From Octopus sinensis (taxonomy: Eukaryota), in NCBI RefSeq assembly GCF_006345805.1, contig NC_043005.1, positions 28,148,001-28,212,000 of the forward strand: a DNA stretch of 64,000 bases, in the 5' to 3' direction. Position 1 is the first letter of the stretch. Each line of letters opens with the position of its first letter. The position numbers and the translations under genes are program-made. Below are positions 51,076-64,000 of the stretch, in pieces. Under the pieces are notes generated by a model. The model was not told where the DNA came from. It did no database searches and saw only the letters and a program-made list of their open reading frames with translations.

Positions 51076-52054
51076 GGCGTGATTTTGAAATTTCAACGAT
51101 GTGGTTGTTTAAATTTAAAATGATACTAAAGGCTAGATGTGAGAGGCTGAATCAGACCAGTATGAAGATAAAACAGGTAGAATATTTCTGGTTAGACATG
51201 GCCAGGTTAAATACTAAAGGGTTAAACATGATAAATGTTCTACTGCTGGACCAAAACATCCTCCAAATTTCATTTTAGAAACTTTGTTCCTGCCTGCAAG
51301 AATTGTATTTAGAAAAGATGGAATTTCTCCGAGTTCTGCTAGTAATATATCATTATCTTGCATACTTCAGTATATGGCTTCGTTTCTTTTCTTTTTTTTT
51401 CTTTTTGACATTATATAACTCATCATCATCGTTGTCATCATTTGTGTCCACTTTTTCTTGCTTGCATGGGTCAGATGGAATTTGTTGAGACAGGTTTCCT
51501 ACAGCCAGATGCAATACTATCACCACTCCTCACCTATTTCGAAACAATATTTCTCCGTGGCCAGGACATGTTTTTCATGGAAGACTGGAAATAAACAACA
51601 TGGCTTGTATGATGTTCATTTACTGCCATCAAGTTTAGAGAATCTAGAGAAGGGTGTACACATGCACACACATACCTGACTGGCTTCTACTAGTTTCCAT
51701 CTAATGTGTCCATTCACAAGGCTTTGGTTGGCCCAGGGATGTTGTAAAAGATACTCAAGGTGCCACACAATAGGATTGAACCTGAGGCCACATGGTTTAC
51801 AAGCAAGCTTTTTAACCACACACCCATACCTGCGTCTGAAATAACTATTACATGTTTTTAATTTATGTATATCATTATATATTATGGGGCAGGGCCATCC
51901 GAATGTTATATGGTTTTTATATTAATATTGCACATGTAATATTTATACATTATTGTATCTGACGTTTTCAGATACATTCATCATTATTACTTCATGGATC
52001 ACAAAGGAATTTTTTGTTGTAAAAATACAAAGGATTGTATTGTGTTTTACTCAC

Positions 52055-52085
52055 CCATATCATTCCTGCTTTTCTCAGCAAACTT
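52055..52085 (-). CDS. Candidate 31-nt exon (KFAEKSRNDM or SLLRKAGMIW)
   Basis: Acceptor ATTGTTAATTTTGTAG|, donor TGG|GTGAGT. Confidence 0.25.
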
Positions 52086-52261
52086 CTACAAAATTAACAA
52101 TGTACCAAAGACAATATGAACATTTCAGATTCCATATTGTTCACCGCAGAAATACAACTAATGTATTTTTAATTTATCTTATATTTTATTTTCGTAATCA
52201 GATTTGTCAAGATAAATTGTAATTGCAGCCTGTTTTATTACAAAATCAAAGACACTCAGAC

Positions 52262-52294
<33 letters not shown>

Positions 52295-52295
52295 G

Positions 52296-52670
52296 GGCAT
52301 AGGCGTTGGTGTCTAGTAAAAAGTTTGCTTCCCAATCACATAGTTTCAGGTTCAGTCCCACTGCATGGCATCATGGGCAAGTACCTTCTACTAGAGCCTC
52401 AGACTGACCAAAGCCTTGTTAATGGAATTGGTAGGTAGAAACTGAAGAAGCCTATTGTATGTGTGTGTGTCTGTTTGTCTCCCACCATCACTTGACAACT
52501 GGTGCTGGTGTGTTTACATTCATGTAACTTAGCAGTTCAGTAAAGGAGACCAATAGAATAAGTACTGGGCTTTACAAATAGAAATAAAAACTGGGATCAG
52601 TTCATTCAACTAAAATTCTTCAAGGTGATGCCCCAGCATGGCAACAGTCCATGACTGACATAAGTAAAAG
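52296..52670 (+). mobile_element. SINE family A variant
   Basis: Head, CORE-like box, tail. Confidence 0.8.
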
Positions 52671-52710
52671 ACAGAGGATACATATATCTTATAATGTACA
52701 AATTTGAGAC

Positions 52711-52759
<49 letters not shown>

Positions 52760-52809
52760 TATATAATATGTATACATATGGTTGTATATATATATACATC
52801 CATGGATAG

Positions 52810-53280
52810 ATAAATATGTCCAGCTCAATGGACTGCTTCTCTCTTTATTTCTCCTTCCTTCTCATTTTCTTTTCTTTTCCATTTTATCTTTGCTCCCTCA
52901 ATATTTCTTCCCCCCACCATCCATTTTGTTTTTTCTCCCCTCCATAATTCTCCACCCCCTCCATTTTGTTTCCCTTCTCCAATTTACTTTGCCCTTCTCC
53001 CCTTTAATGTCTCCTTTATCATTATTTCTTCTTCTTGCCTTTATTCTCCTTACACTTTCATTTTCTTCTTTCTCCTTTTCTTTCCTTTTCATTGTTATCT
53101 TCTTCATCCTTCTTCCCTCTTACTCTTTCCCTTTTGCCTTTCTTCCTCCACCACCATTATTCTTCTTCCCCTTTACCTTATTCCACATCCTCTCCAATCA
53201 TTATTCTCCTCCATTCTTTATTTTCTTCCATCCATTTTCACCCCTTCCCACTACATTTCCCTCCTTACCCACCACCATTG
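52810..53280. repeat. CT-rich low-complexity tract
   Basis: Polypyrimidine composition; spurious F/L/S/P ORFs. Confidence 0.8.
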
Positions 53281-53779
53281 TGTAATAAATTAGCAACGTG
53301 ATCATTTCTAAAAGTTGATTAATTTCAAGTAGATTTAATTACTTTAATTGCTTCTGTACTCTTTAATTAAAACAAAATACAATTACACACACACACCCAC
53401 ATATTCACACACGCACACATATATATATATAGTCACACATGCACAAATAAATAAATATATATATATGTATGTATACACATGAATATATAATAACTTTTTT
53501 CTATATATATATTTTACAGCTGTTTTTCACTAAATAAATTCTTTCCTACAACATTTGTTGTAAGTTGATATCTTTAGTTCTTATCCTCCCCCATAACATA
53601 ATTATATATTCATCTTTTTTTAAGGGAAGTCATGTTAACAGTGTCCAGCATATTTAATTACATTCCCTTACTTTGCTGGGGTCAAATTTGCTTTTTATTG
53701 TTCAAGAGTTAATAATTACAGGTCAGGTACCCCTCCTCTGCTCATTGGTCAGTATTTAGAAATCATTATTAGGGTAGTA

Positions 53780-54370
53780 TGCCAACAGAATCCTTAGAAC
53801 ATCAGGTAAAATGCCATACAGTAGTTCTTTTAGTTTTTCAAGTCCTGGTTTCAATTCATGCTGTGATCATCTTTACCTTTCATCTCTTTGGAGTTGATTA
53901 AATAAACTATTAGTATCCATTGAGGTTGATATAATTAATTAACCCTGCCCCCCCCCTCAAAATTCTGGCCTTGTGCCTAAATCAGAAACATAAATTAAAA
54001 ATCTCTATTTGGATTAGTAGAATCTTTAGACCATTTGACAAAATGCTCGATAGCATTCCTTCATTTCTTCTAGCTCTTTATGTTCGAAGTTCAAATTCCT
54101 CTGAGGTCAACTTTACATTTCATCCTTTTGGGGCCAATAAAATAAAGTACCAGTCAAGTATTGGGGTTGATATAATTGACCTTCCCCCCTCCTGAAATTA
54201 CTGACATTGTGCCAAAATTGGAAGCATTTAAAGGTGGTGAGCTGGCACAATTGTTAGAGGGTTTGACAAAATGCTTAGCAGCATTTTTTTCTGGCTCATT
54301 ATCTTCTGATTTCAAATCTGAACAAGGAAAACTTTGTTTTTCAGCTTTTTGAGTTGATAAAGTACCAGTT
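53780..54370 (+). mobile_element. Cluster of three degenerate SINE family B copies
   Basis: Repeated TTCAAATT..TTTCATC..AAAGTACCAG body. Confidence 0.65.
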
Positions 54371-55319
54371 GATATAATTGTTTTAGCCTCCCTAGGCTAG
54401 ATGAACAGACAGGTATCTTGCTGTAGAGGACTTAGATGGTTGCCCCACTCAGAGTCAGAGGGAGTGAAAGTGAGAGCTAGAGAGAGATGGTGCTGATGTG
54501 TCTGGGAGTACGCTCAAGGTACAAGGAGGTGAATGTAAATGGAGCAATAGAGGATTGAACAGGGTGCACAAGCAGAGAGTTCATGAGAGTGCAAAGAGAA
54601 AAAGGGGAATGCAGTGAGTGGTGAGATGTTTATATAGGGAACAACAGGAGAGCAATGATAAGGTTGGCAGTGGGGTGGACAGGAGAGAGAGAGAGAGATG
54701 ACAGGGAAGTGTTGGGTTGCAGGAGTCAGGGTAGAGAAAGGCATAGTGCATGAAGAAGAGATGGAGTTTGGTTCATTGGGGTGAAGTGTATGAATTAATG
54801 TTACATGTGGGTAGAATACACAATGATTCCAGAACCCAGTTTTGCTAAGGTGGGTGGTATCACCAGATATCCCAATCCACAGTCATCTCCTCTGTGAGGC
54901 TTAACATCTCAAGATTGGTCCTCACTACATCTTCCCATATCTCCCTGGGTCTCCCTCTTCTACTTTGAGTAATCAGCACTTCTTTACACGCAGTGTGTTT
55001 GTGTCCTTGAGCAAGACACTTTACTTCACATTGTACCTGTAAATCAAAGGGCCAGCCTTGTCACATTCTGTGTCACACTGATTCACCCTGAGAACTTTGT
55101 TAAGGGTACGTGGGTCTTTATGACATTACAAGTGTTTAATGCATTTTGTTGTTGAAGACATTGGACATGGTTTGAACAGTTTCACATGTTAACAGACACA
55201 CACACAAACTCAAAACCACATGTTTGTATCCCAAACATGAGCTCTTGGGTTCAGTTCTTCTGTGTGACACCTTGGCCAACTAAATCCTTGTGTGTAGCTT
55301 TCATAGACAGAAGCTTATC

Positions 55320-55364
<45 letters not shown>

Positions 55365-55385
55365 ATATATATTTGTATGTATAAT

Positions 55386-55628
55386 GTAATAGTTTAGAAA
55401 AAAAAGCCATTGGTTTCATTTCAAGCGAGAACTAGACATTTCTTCAGTTTTTCTAAATGATAACCATTCTCTGTGAAGAATATTTTTTAAAACACAAGAA
55501 TGCTGGTGATAGTTCTTGTGCTTAAAAAAAACATTCTTTGCAGAGAACAGTTATCATTTAGAAAAACTGAAGAAATGTCTAGTTGTCGCTTGAGATGAGA
55601 CCAATGGCTCTTTTTTCTAAACTATTAC
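55386..55628. repeat. Fold-back palindrome 3
   Basis: GTAATAGTTTAGAAAAAAAAGCCATTGG.. / ..CCAATGGCTCTTTTTTCTAAACTATTAC; arms >100 bp. Confidence 0.9.
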
Positions 55629-55702
55629 TTTACTCATACAAAAATAAACAACTGCTCTATATTTTATAGGCTATGCTCTTCTCTTGATTTATGATATTGT
55701 AA

Positions 55703-55742
<40 letters not shown>

Positions 55743-55803
55743 TTTCAGTGAGAATGGTTTTGTTATACAGCGCCATATTTTACAATCCCATAAATAATAA
55801 TAA

Positions 55804-56016
55804 TAATAATGGTATTTTTATATAAGCTTAAAGCTTATGGTGATCACCGTGCAATGACTAAGGAAAATAGTCTAATAAAGGGGCATATAAGCCCTTGACA
55901 AAAAGGAAGGCTTTCCTATCCATGAGGGCTTATATGCCCCTTTATTAGACTATTTTCCTCAGTCACTGCACGGTGATCACTATAGGCTTTAAGCTTATAT
56001 AAAAATACCGTTATTA
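55804..56016. repeat. Fold-back palindrome 4
   Basis: ~92-bp arms, mismatches are transitions. Confidence 0.9.
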
Positions 56017-56200
56017 ATATATGTATATATTTATATAGGTGAAATATATAGAAAAACAAAAGACAAAGACAGATATATGAACAACAAGCAGGTGTATTAG
56101 TTTGGCACTTAGGAAAATGAAAAAGTCTTTTACGTTTCAAGCCTACGCTCTTCAACAGAAAGGAATAAGAGAAAATAAACAGAGATAATGAAAAAAACTT
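56015..56200 (-). mobile_element. Penelope-like terminal-repeat remnant
   Basis: Reverse complement of the 9140-9305 family (TTGAAGAGCGTAGGCTTGAAACG). Confidence 0.45.
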
Positions 56201-56248
56201 ATAGATTTCAACTGTCCAGCACCGTGAATATGTATATATATATATGTA

Positions 56249-56287
<39 letters not shown>

Positions 56288-56290
<3 letters not shown>

Positions 56291-56569
56291 AAAAATAATG
56301 AGTTTTGAATGGCACTATAATAACTGGACAATGGACTATAATAACTGTTATAATTTAATTATCCATAGTTTGATATAGTGTTTTGGAATATAAAAATTCC
56401 TTCTTCAGATATCCCTAGGAATTGATTGATCCTAGCGATATCTGAAGAAGGAATTTTTATATTCTGAATATTATATCAGACGATGGATGATTAAATTACA
56501 ACAGTTTTTATAGTCCATTGTTGTTATTATAGTGCATTGTTGTGCCATTTAAAACAAATTATTTTTTAC
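56288..56569. repeat. Fold-back palindrome 5
   Basis: Arms ~130 bp centred on CCTAGGAATTGATTGATCCTAG; more diverged with indels. Confidence 0.85.
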
Positions 56570-56649
56570 AAACAACACACAATGCTCCAAGCGAACAACA
56601 ATACTCTCATATATATGTATATACATATGTATATATATATATAGTCATT

Positions 56650-57275
56650 TATTCTTTTATTTGTTTCAGTCATTTGACTGTGACCATGCTGGAGCACCGA
56701 CTTAAGTTGAACAAATTGACCCCAGGACTTATTCTTTGTAAGTCTAGTACTTATTCTATCAGTCTCTTTTGCCGAACCGCTAAGTTACAGGGACTTAAAC
56801 ACACCAGCATCGGTTGTCAAGCGATGGTGGTGGGACAAACACAAACACACAAACATGCATATATATATATATATGATGGGCTTCTTTCAGTTTCTTATTT
56901 CTTTACTGCCCACAAGGGGTTACATACAGAGGGGACAAACAAGGACAAACAGATTAAGTTGATTGTATTGACCCCAGTGCATAACTAGTACTTATTTAAT
57001 CGACCCCGAACGGATGAAAGGCAAAGTCGATCTCAGTGGAATTTGAACTCAGAATGAAGCAGCAGACGAAATACCGCTAAGCATTTTGCCCGGCATGCTA
57101 ACGTTTCTGTCAGCTCACCGCCTTCTTTCAGTTTCTGTCTACTAAACCCACTCACAAGGCTTTGGTCGGCCTGAGGCTATAGTAGAAGAAAGGCACTTAC
57201 CATGCAGTGTGTACTGAACCCAGGACCATGTGGTTGCTAAGCAAGCCTCTTACCACATAACCACTCCTGTGCCTA
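56650..57275 (-). mobile_element. SINE family A interrupted by a SINE B
   Basis: A tail 56650-56895, A head 57122-57275. Confidence 0.85.
56896..57121 (-). mobile_element. SINE family B, tail 2, nested, 15-bp TSD
   Basis: CTTCTTTCAGTTTCT at 56881-56895 and 57122-57136. Confidence 0.88.
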
Positions 57276-57801
57276 TATTAAAAAGATTTATGTAAAGCTG
57301 GAACAAGGCAAGAAGAGAGAGAGAGTTGTTTTTAGCCCCAGGTCAGACCTATGGTTAAAGGAGTTTCAGTCATGACTGTCCTGCCATCCCTTTTTTAGGC
57401 ATCGTGTATTTAGTACTACATTAGCAAATGAAACTGTTCATTCATTCTTTTCAGTTGCTTGGGCGTAATATCCTAGTGTCAGCTACACAACAGAACGAAC
57501 CTCAGTGTGTACACACTCACTATATATATATAATTATATATAATTATATATATATATATCATGTGATCACTTAATTGGCCAGACTATCAGATGTTGGTTT
57601 ACATTGCTGGTCACAATGATGCCACCCTACTTGCTAGGCAAGCAGGTCAACATTTTCCCTGGTCAGAGAACTACTCCACTGCAGCATTAACCATTTACAA
57701 CATGTGGCGGCCTAGAGCTAAGGTGTTGTATTCACAATCACTGGACTATGTCACACCTGAACCACTAGGTCACGTGCCTATATATACATACATACATACA
57801 T

Positions 57802-57836
<35 letters not shown>

Positions 57837-59429
57837 AATACTATGCTGTGATGTATTGCGTTGCTATTGTTCTCACCTGCCATCACTGATTAACTAAGAC
57901 AATGTGTGTGAGTATATTAACTGACTGTGGAATGTGTCATCTGGATGTAGTGAGTCATCAGAAGCTGGACAATTGTCTCTACACCAGCTATCCTACTGCA
58001 TTAGAAACCTGTTATCTTCACAGACACTCTAATAATGAAGGTGGTGGTGGTGGTGGTGGTGGTGGTCCGTCAGAAATACCATTCTGTCATCACCACACTA
58101 AACTTAACCAGCAAAAGTTGGACTGTTGCCTGCTAATGGATTTCCCTCTCATTTACTGCTTAATGTCTGTTGCTCATTCAGTCTCTCTTTCTCTCTCTTT
58201 CTCATTTACTTTCTTAGTCATTCAGTCTCTGTTTTTCACTTCTTCACATTTTCTTTCATACATACACTCCCTCACATATACAGGCACACACACACACACA
58301 CACAGAGGCATGCACACAAGCACACACACACACACGCACGCACATAGGCACACAAGGACAAATGCACGCATACACATACAGGCAAACAAGCACGCTGCAC
58401 GCATACACACACACACACATGCGCACACACAGGCACACATACACACACACGCACAAGCACACAGACACACACAAGCACAAACACACACACACACATATGC
58501 ACACTCACACACAGAGGCAAACAAGTACGTGTGTGTACACACTCTCCTTTTCAATCCATGTCACTAACAATTACAGCTAGTTAAGTCATTAGTATGTCAA
58601 TGTGCTTACTGAAAGGTTTCAATGTCACAATTCATATATCTATAAATAGGTACCATGTGGAGGTGCAACTTACTACTGTAAACAATAGACTGCAAAGTAT
58701 CGTATAATTAATTGACAAGTATCTTGTTAAGTTGCTGTTTTGGGTTCAGAGTTTACCTGCTTTGATTATTATTATTTCTCTATAATGGAAGGAGTGTCTC
58801 TCAAGAACTGTTATATCATTAAAGACTGTGTCCTTGGATTTGCTTTGCCTTATGTGTGGAAATAACAAGTTTTAATTACTCTACCCCACCCACCTCTTCT
58901 CAGGTCTTTCCCTTAACTGTAGTTTTCATCTCCCAAGGGAAAACAGTTTTATATGTATCATCACCACCACCACCACCACCATCATCATATTCATCACCGC
59001 CACCATCATCGTTGTCATCATCATCATCATTTCATATGTGCTTTCCATGCTGGTATGGGTTGCACAGTTTGGCAGGATCTAAAGGGTGGGGGGAATGCAC
59101 TGCATCCGCCATTTGTTGGTGATTTCCTATTCGCAGCCGATGACACCTTTGCACCACTCAAGTGACAATCCTCCAACCCATACGTTTATTTTGGTAGTTG
59201 TTGCTGGTGAGGAGGCTTCTACAAGTTCAGAGTGTAGATTCTACCTTAACGTCTTGGGTTTGTTCTCTGAAATGCCAGACCCAACACAGCACAACTGTTA
59301 GATTGAGTTTATTCAAATGTGAATCTAATTGAATTGCTTGCTAAATGGAGTGTCTCAGACCTCAACATTGTATGTCTGTGTATGTATGTGCACACACACA
59401 CACATATATATATATATATTATATATATA

Positions 59430-59835
59430 GGCGCAGGAGTGGCTGTGTGGTAAGTAGCTTGTTTACCAACCACATGGTTCCGGGTTCAGTCCCACTGCGT
59501 GGCACCTTGGGCAAGTGTCTTCTACTATAGCCTCGGGCCGACCAAAGCCTTGTGAGTGGATTTGGTAGACGGAAACTGAAAGAAGCCCGTCATATATATG
59601 TATATATATATGCGTGTGTGTGTTTGTGTATCTGTGTTTGTCCCCCTAGCATTGTTTGACAACCGATGCGGGTTTGTTTATGTCCCTGTTACTTAGCGGT
59701 TCGGCAAAAGAGACCGATAGAATAAGTACTGGGCTTACAAAAGAATAAGTCCCGGGTTCGAGTTGCTCGATTAAAGGCAGTGCTCCAGCATGGCCGCAGT
59801 CAAATGACTGAAACAAGTAAAAGAGTAAAAGAGAG
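59430..59835 (+). mobile_element. SINE family A, best-preserved copy
   Basis: CpGs intact, full length. Confidence 0.9.
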
Positions 59836-60078
59836 TAATATATATATATATATGCATATATACATACACATATGTACATACCTACATATATATGTATATA
59901 CACATGCATATATGTGTATAGGACATCCAAAACTAAACATGAAAAACAAAAACATGGAGAATGAACTCTTTTTTCGAACAGCAAAAGAAACAAATAGAGA
60001 AACAAGACAGGTAACATAAAAAACAATCCCTTCATCAGTTGTCCCCTGTTTTATCTACTCTGTGTTTCGAACACTTGG

Positions 60079-60535
60079 GTGCAGGTGTGGTTGTGGGGTA
60101 AGAAGCTATAAGTGCAGGCTTGGCTGTGTGGTAAGAAGCTATAAGTGCAGGCTTGGCTGTGTGGTAAGTAGCTTGCTTACCAACCACATGGTTCTGGGTT
60201 CAGTCACACTATGTGGCCCCTTGGGCAAGTGTCTTCTACTACGGCCTTTTGGCCGACCAATGCCTTGTGAGTAGATTTGGTAGATGGAAACTGGAAGAAG
60301 ACTGTTGTATATATATGTGTATATATTTGTGCATGTGTTTGTATTTGTCCCCCCACCATCGCTTGACAACTGATGTTGGCATATTTACATCCCCATAACT
60401 TAGCAATTCGGCAAAAGAGACCGATAGAATAAGTACTAGGTTTACAAAGAATAAGTCCTGGGGTCAGTTTGTTCGACTAAAGGCGGTGCTGAAGCGTGAC
60501 TGCAGTCAAAATGACTGAAATGAAAGAATAAAAGG
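60079..60535 (+). mobile_element. SINE family A with triplicated 33-bp head
   Basis: GTGCAGGCTTGGCTGTGTGGTAAGAAGCTATAA units at 60079, 60112, 60145. Confidence 0.85.
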
Positions 60536-60554
60536 ATATTACATACATGTACGT

Positions 60555-61250
60555 GTCATCATCATCATCATCATTTTAATGTCCCGTTTTCCATACTTAC
60601 AGAAAGGATTTATTGGGGTAGATTTTCTATGGTCAGATGTCCTAATTGTTGTCAACGTTAACTTCTTTGGAAACAATGTAATATTTCTCCGTGGCCAGAT
60701 TTTTCACAGAAGATTGGTAATAAGTAACAGTGCTTGTATGATTGTGGTGATGCTCATTTACAGCTATCATGCGATGTCAACACACACACACGCCCCCACC
60801 TCTAACCACGCCCACACTTCAATCGGTCAATTGAAGTCATCTGCTAAAAGAAAGAACTCAGTGTAACAAAGTGATTGTCTTTTTACAACATGGCCAGATC
60901 TGCTCTCACGGCTCTCATCAGCTTAGAATTTCCCTCCCAGTATAGTTGTACTCCATTTTTTATGCACACTAACATTACAAATCTAATGGAGAATACTCCC
61001 TTTATTTCTAACCAACATCCTCCATGACAATGAAACAGTGTCCATATTTCACTGTTGTGCAGCATCATACAATCTGCTTTTCACTTGAAGAGAAAATCCT
61101 TTTGTTGTCTATAAAAGCATAAGCTAACTTCCTGAACTTTTTCCATTCTCTTCTTATTCTGGCCACTATACTTTCGAAGTGCCCACTATCACTACTATTC
61201 AGATCCCCCAAGCTAACAGGAACCGTTAATAGAGAGCATTATGAGCATCT
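60555..61250 (-). mobile_element. RTE-clade LINE 3' fragment
   Basis: Minus ..LYDA..MLHNSEIW-like translation, UTR ending (GAT)n. Confidence 0.6.
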
Positions 61251-61328
61251 AAAAGGACTTTTACTATGGCTGTTCTTACTACTAATTAATTCTGTATATC
61301 TGCCACACCTAAATTTTATTGTATAGCA

Positions 61329-61557
61329 GGGGGTCATTATGCCAATAATAAACACCTGCCCTGGTTCCATTTCACTTCTTTATTTATTTGTCAATTGGTT
61401 AATCATTTAACCAGTTAACTGATTGATGGTTTGATTGACTGAATGATTAATCAGACAATCAATCAGTTATTTAATTAAATAGTTAACCAATTGACAAATA
61501 AATAGAGAAGAGAAATGGAACCACTGCACGTGCTTATTATTGATGCAGTGACCTCCC
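61329..61557. repeat. Fold-back palindrome 6
   Basis: CAATAATAAACACCTGCCCTGGTTCCATTTC.. / ..GAAATGGAACCACTGCACGTGCTTATTATTG; (TGAT)n-rich core. Confidence 0.8.
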
Positions 61558-62829
61558 AAGATACAATATGTTTTAACATAAAAGTTCACATAAAAAATCT
61601 TGCAAGCCAAATACAAAGCCCAAATCCCCAATGACTACCTTCTCTGCTAGCCTGCCTGCAATTCCACTTTACACATTTGGTCACCCACATAACCAGATGA
61701 AGTGAAAAACTCAGAGTCCCAAAAGAGTATGTCATCAGCTCCCATTGAATGTGTGTGCGTGTGTTTGGGTGGGTGGTTTTGTGTTCACATTGAAATTCCA
61801 GTCATTTTACTGTCAATTATTGAAGACAACATCCTGTTTGTCTATTCTATTATTTGTTTGTTGTTATCTGTGTTGTTCTCTATCTATGTGTTGCTGTTTC
61901 CATTATGTTTTCTGAATTATTTCCCACACTGCATCATCATTCCTCACTTAATCATGTATACACACACACACACACACACACATGCACATTTATAGATGTA
62001 TATACATGTGTGTTTGCACATATTTGTGTATATATATATATGTATATATGTATATGTATATATATACATATTTGCACATGCGTGTATGTGTAAATATATA
62101 TATGCACACACACACACACACACACACATATGTATATCTATGTAATCTTCCTCTCACTACCATCCACCATCTTATCTCTTTTTCTCACCATTTCTCATCA
62201 ACTCTGACTAAGTCTGTGAAATTTTCCACTTGAACTTTTCATGGCAAAATTGTGTCAAACTTAAAGAGGAGAAGAGAACATCCTGACATCTTCGCATGAT
62301 TTTTGGGAGAAGAAGCGAAGCTTGAATGAACATTAAAAGGCACTCATTCCCCCCAACCCTGTTTCTCTCTTTCTGTGACAAATAGAAGAATAACAAAATA
62401 ATTTTTTTTGGCTGCTCCCTTCAATGTTTTCTTCAATTCTGACTTTCCATTTCATTGTGATTCTTTACTCTCCATTCTTGCTTTCTCTTAGTCTATCTAA
62501 TTATTCTTCTTTTACTTGTTCTCTACTCTCTCTCTCTCTTTTACTCATTTTGTTTATTTTTCACAATGTATATATACTTCTATCTACCTATCTGTTTGTC
62601 TGTCTATCTCATCGATCTATAGATAGATACTATTTAATGTAATATATACCCGGAGATAAATATATTTAATATATATTCTTCTGTCTGTCAATGTATGTAT
62701 TTGTGTGTGTGTGTGTGTTCTGTGTCCATCTGTCTGTCTGTCTGCCTATGTAGTTAATTTATATCCAATATATAATTGTCATATATTTCATTTAATTCTC
62801 AACTTGTGTATTCAAGGGAAGAGTAAATA

Positions 62830-63585
62830 CAATTTGGTGATGACGTGAGGTGGTGACGGTGATGATGATGGTGATGTTATTGTGGCATTAATAATGTGAT
62901 TGTGGTGGAGTAGTAGTAGTGGTGGTGGTGATGGTGTTCGGGGTGTGATGTGGTATGAAGGTAGTGGTGGTGGTGATGGGGATGCAGTTGTGATGGGTTG
63001 CAGTGGTGTTGGTGGTGATGCTGGCAGCAGAGATGTAATGATAATGATGGTGGTGATGACTTTATATATATATATTCAATCATTTCTTCATTTCTTTTTT
63101 TTTTATATTTCTTCAAATTTTGTGCTTCCATACTTTTTCCTCAGGCTCTTCTATCTCTGCTATCCCCTATCTCCTTTCTCTCCTCGGTGTCCTTTATCAT
63201 CCTCTTGTCTTTACTCTCCTCCACCATCAACCATTCTTTCTAGCTTGCTCATCTTGACTGAAACAACTTCATGCTATTTACATACAAATATGTTAGCATG
63301 CCTTCACTTGCCTGTATGCACACGCGCACACACCCACACCCACCCACATACACACACATACGAACACACACATACGCACACACGCACATAAATACCTGCA
63401 CTATTCTGTGAATACAAAGATACAAACACACAGATAAAGATACATACTTGCTCACACGTTGTCATCCTTCACACATACACATGCTCACATAAAGATACCA
63501 TCATTCTTTACACTTATGCACCCATCCACACACACATACACATTTGCTCAGAAAAAGACACTTATTCCTCGCACATATGTACATA

Positions 63586-63621
<36 letters not shown>

Positions 63622-63800
63622 AAGAGTTGTTCACATTATCACTCTTTACACATATACACATACACACACAAACACTTGCTCACATAAACACACTGAATTT
63701 TTACACCCATACAAACATAGATACTCTCACCTCTCACACATATATGCACACACACACACACACTCACACTTGTCCATAAATGCATTCTCACTCCTCACTT
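62830..63800. repeat. (GGT/GAT)n, CT-rich and (CA)n low-complexity tracts
   Basis: Directly visible. Confidence 0.8.
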
Positions 63801-64000
63801 TTACACATACACACAGACAAAGGATTCTCTTATATAATATACATATATACACGTATATATGCATGCTTACTTATGCACAGACAGACAGATACACATGAAT
63901 ATTGGAAGTAATTCCTATTAAAAATTCATATAAAATATTGTAGATATTAAGTGAGGAAATATTTGGTAATACTGTGGCAGGTTGTTACTTAGATGTAGTG

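Noticed and set aside
57902-58567. 221-aa ORF
   Set aside because: Mostly (GGT)n, CT-rich and (CA)n repeats

Overview
AT-rich, microsatellite-dense eukaryotic genomic DNA. The repeat families look like those of a coleoid cephalopod (Octopus-like); this is inferred from sequence recognition, not a database search. I could not recognise any intact host protein-coding gene, tRNA, rRNA or CRISPR array. Most ORFs in the supplied track are artefacts of (TA)n, (CA)n, (TATG)n and (GGT/GAT)n repeats or of SINEs. The window is dominated by retroelements. SINE family A is tRNA-derived with a CORE-like box (>20 copies). SINE family B is tRNA-derived with two alternative 3' tails (~20 copies). There are many 5'-truncated RTE-clade LINE 3' ends, one R4/Dong-type LINE remnant (~4.5-5.7 kb) and a GC-rich, frameshifted, 5'-truncated L1/Tx1-type LINE (47546-49824, minus) with a 16-bp target-site duplication. 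Also present: Helentron/DINE-1-like elements, piggyBac- and hAT-type MITEs, Penelope-like terminal-repeat remnants, and six unrelated ~200-280 bp fold-back palindromes, three clustered in 55.4-56.6 kb. The best observation is that the last ~50 nt of the Tx1-type LINE match one of the two tails of SINE family B, pointing to a LINE/SINE partnership. A few short segments with good splice signals may be exons of unrecognised host genes (low confidence). Boundaries of old repeats are approximate (about +/-10-30 bp).
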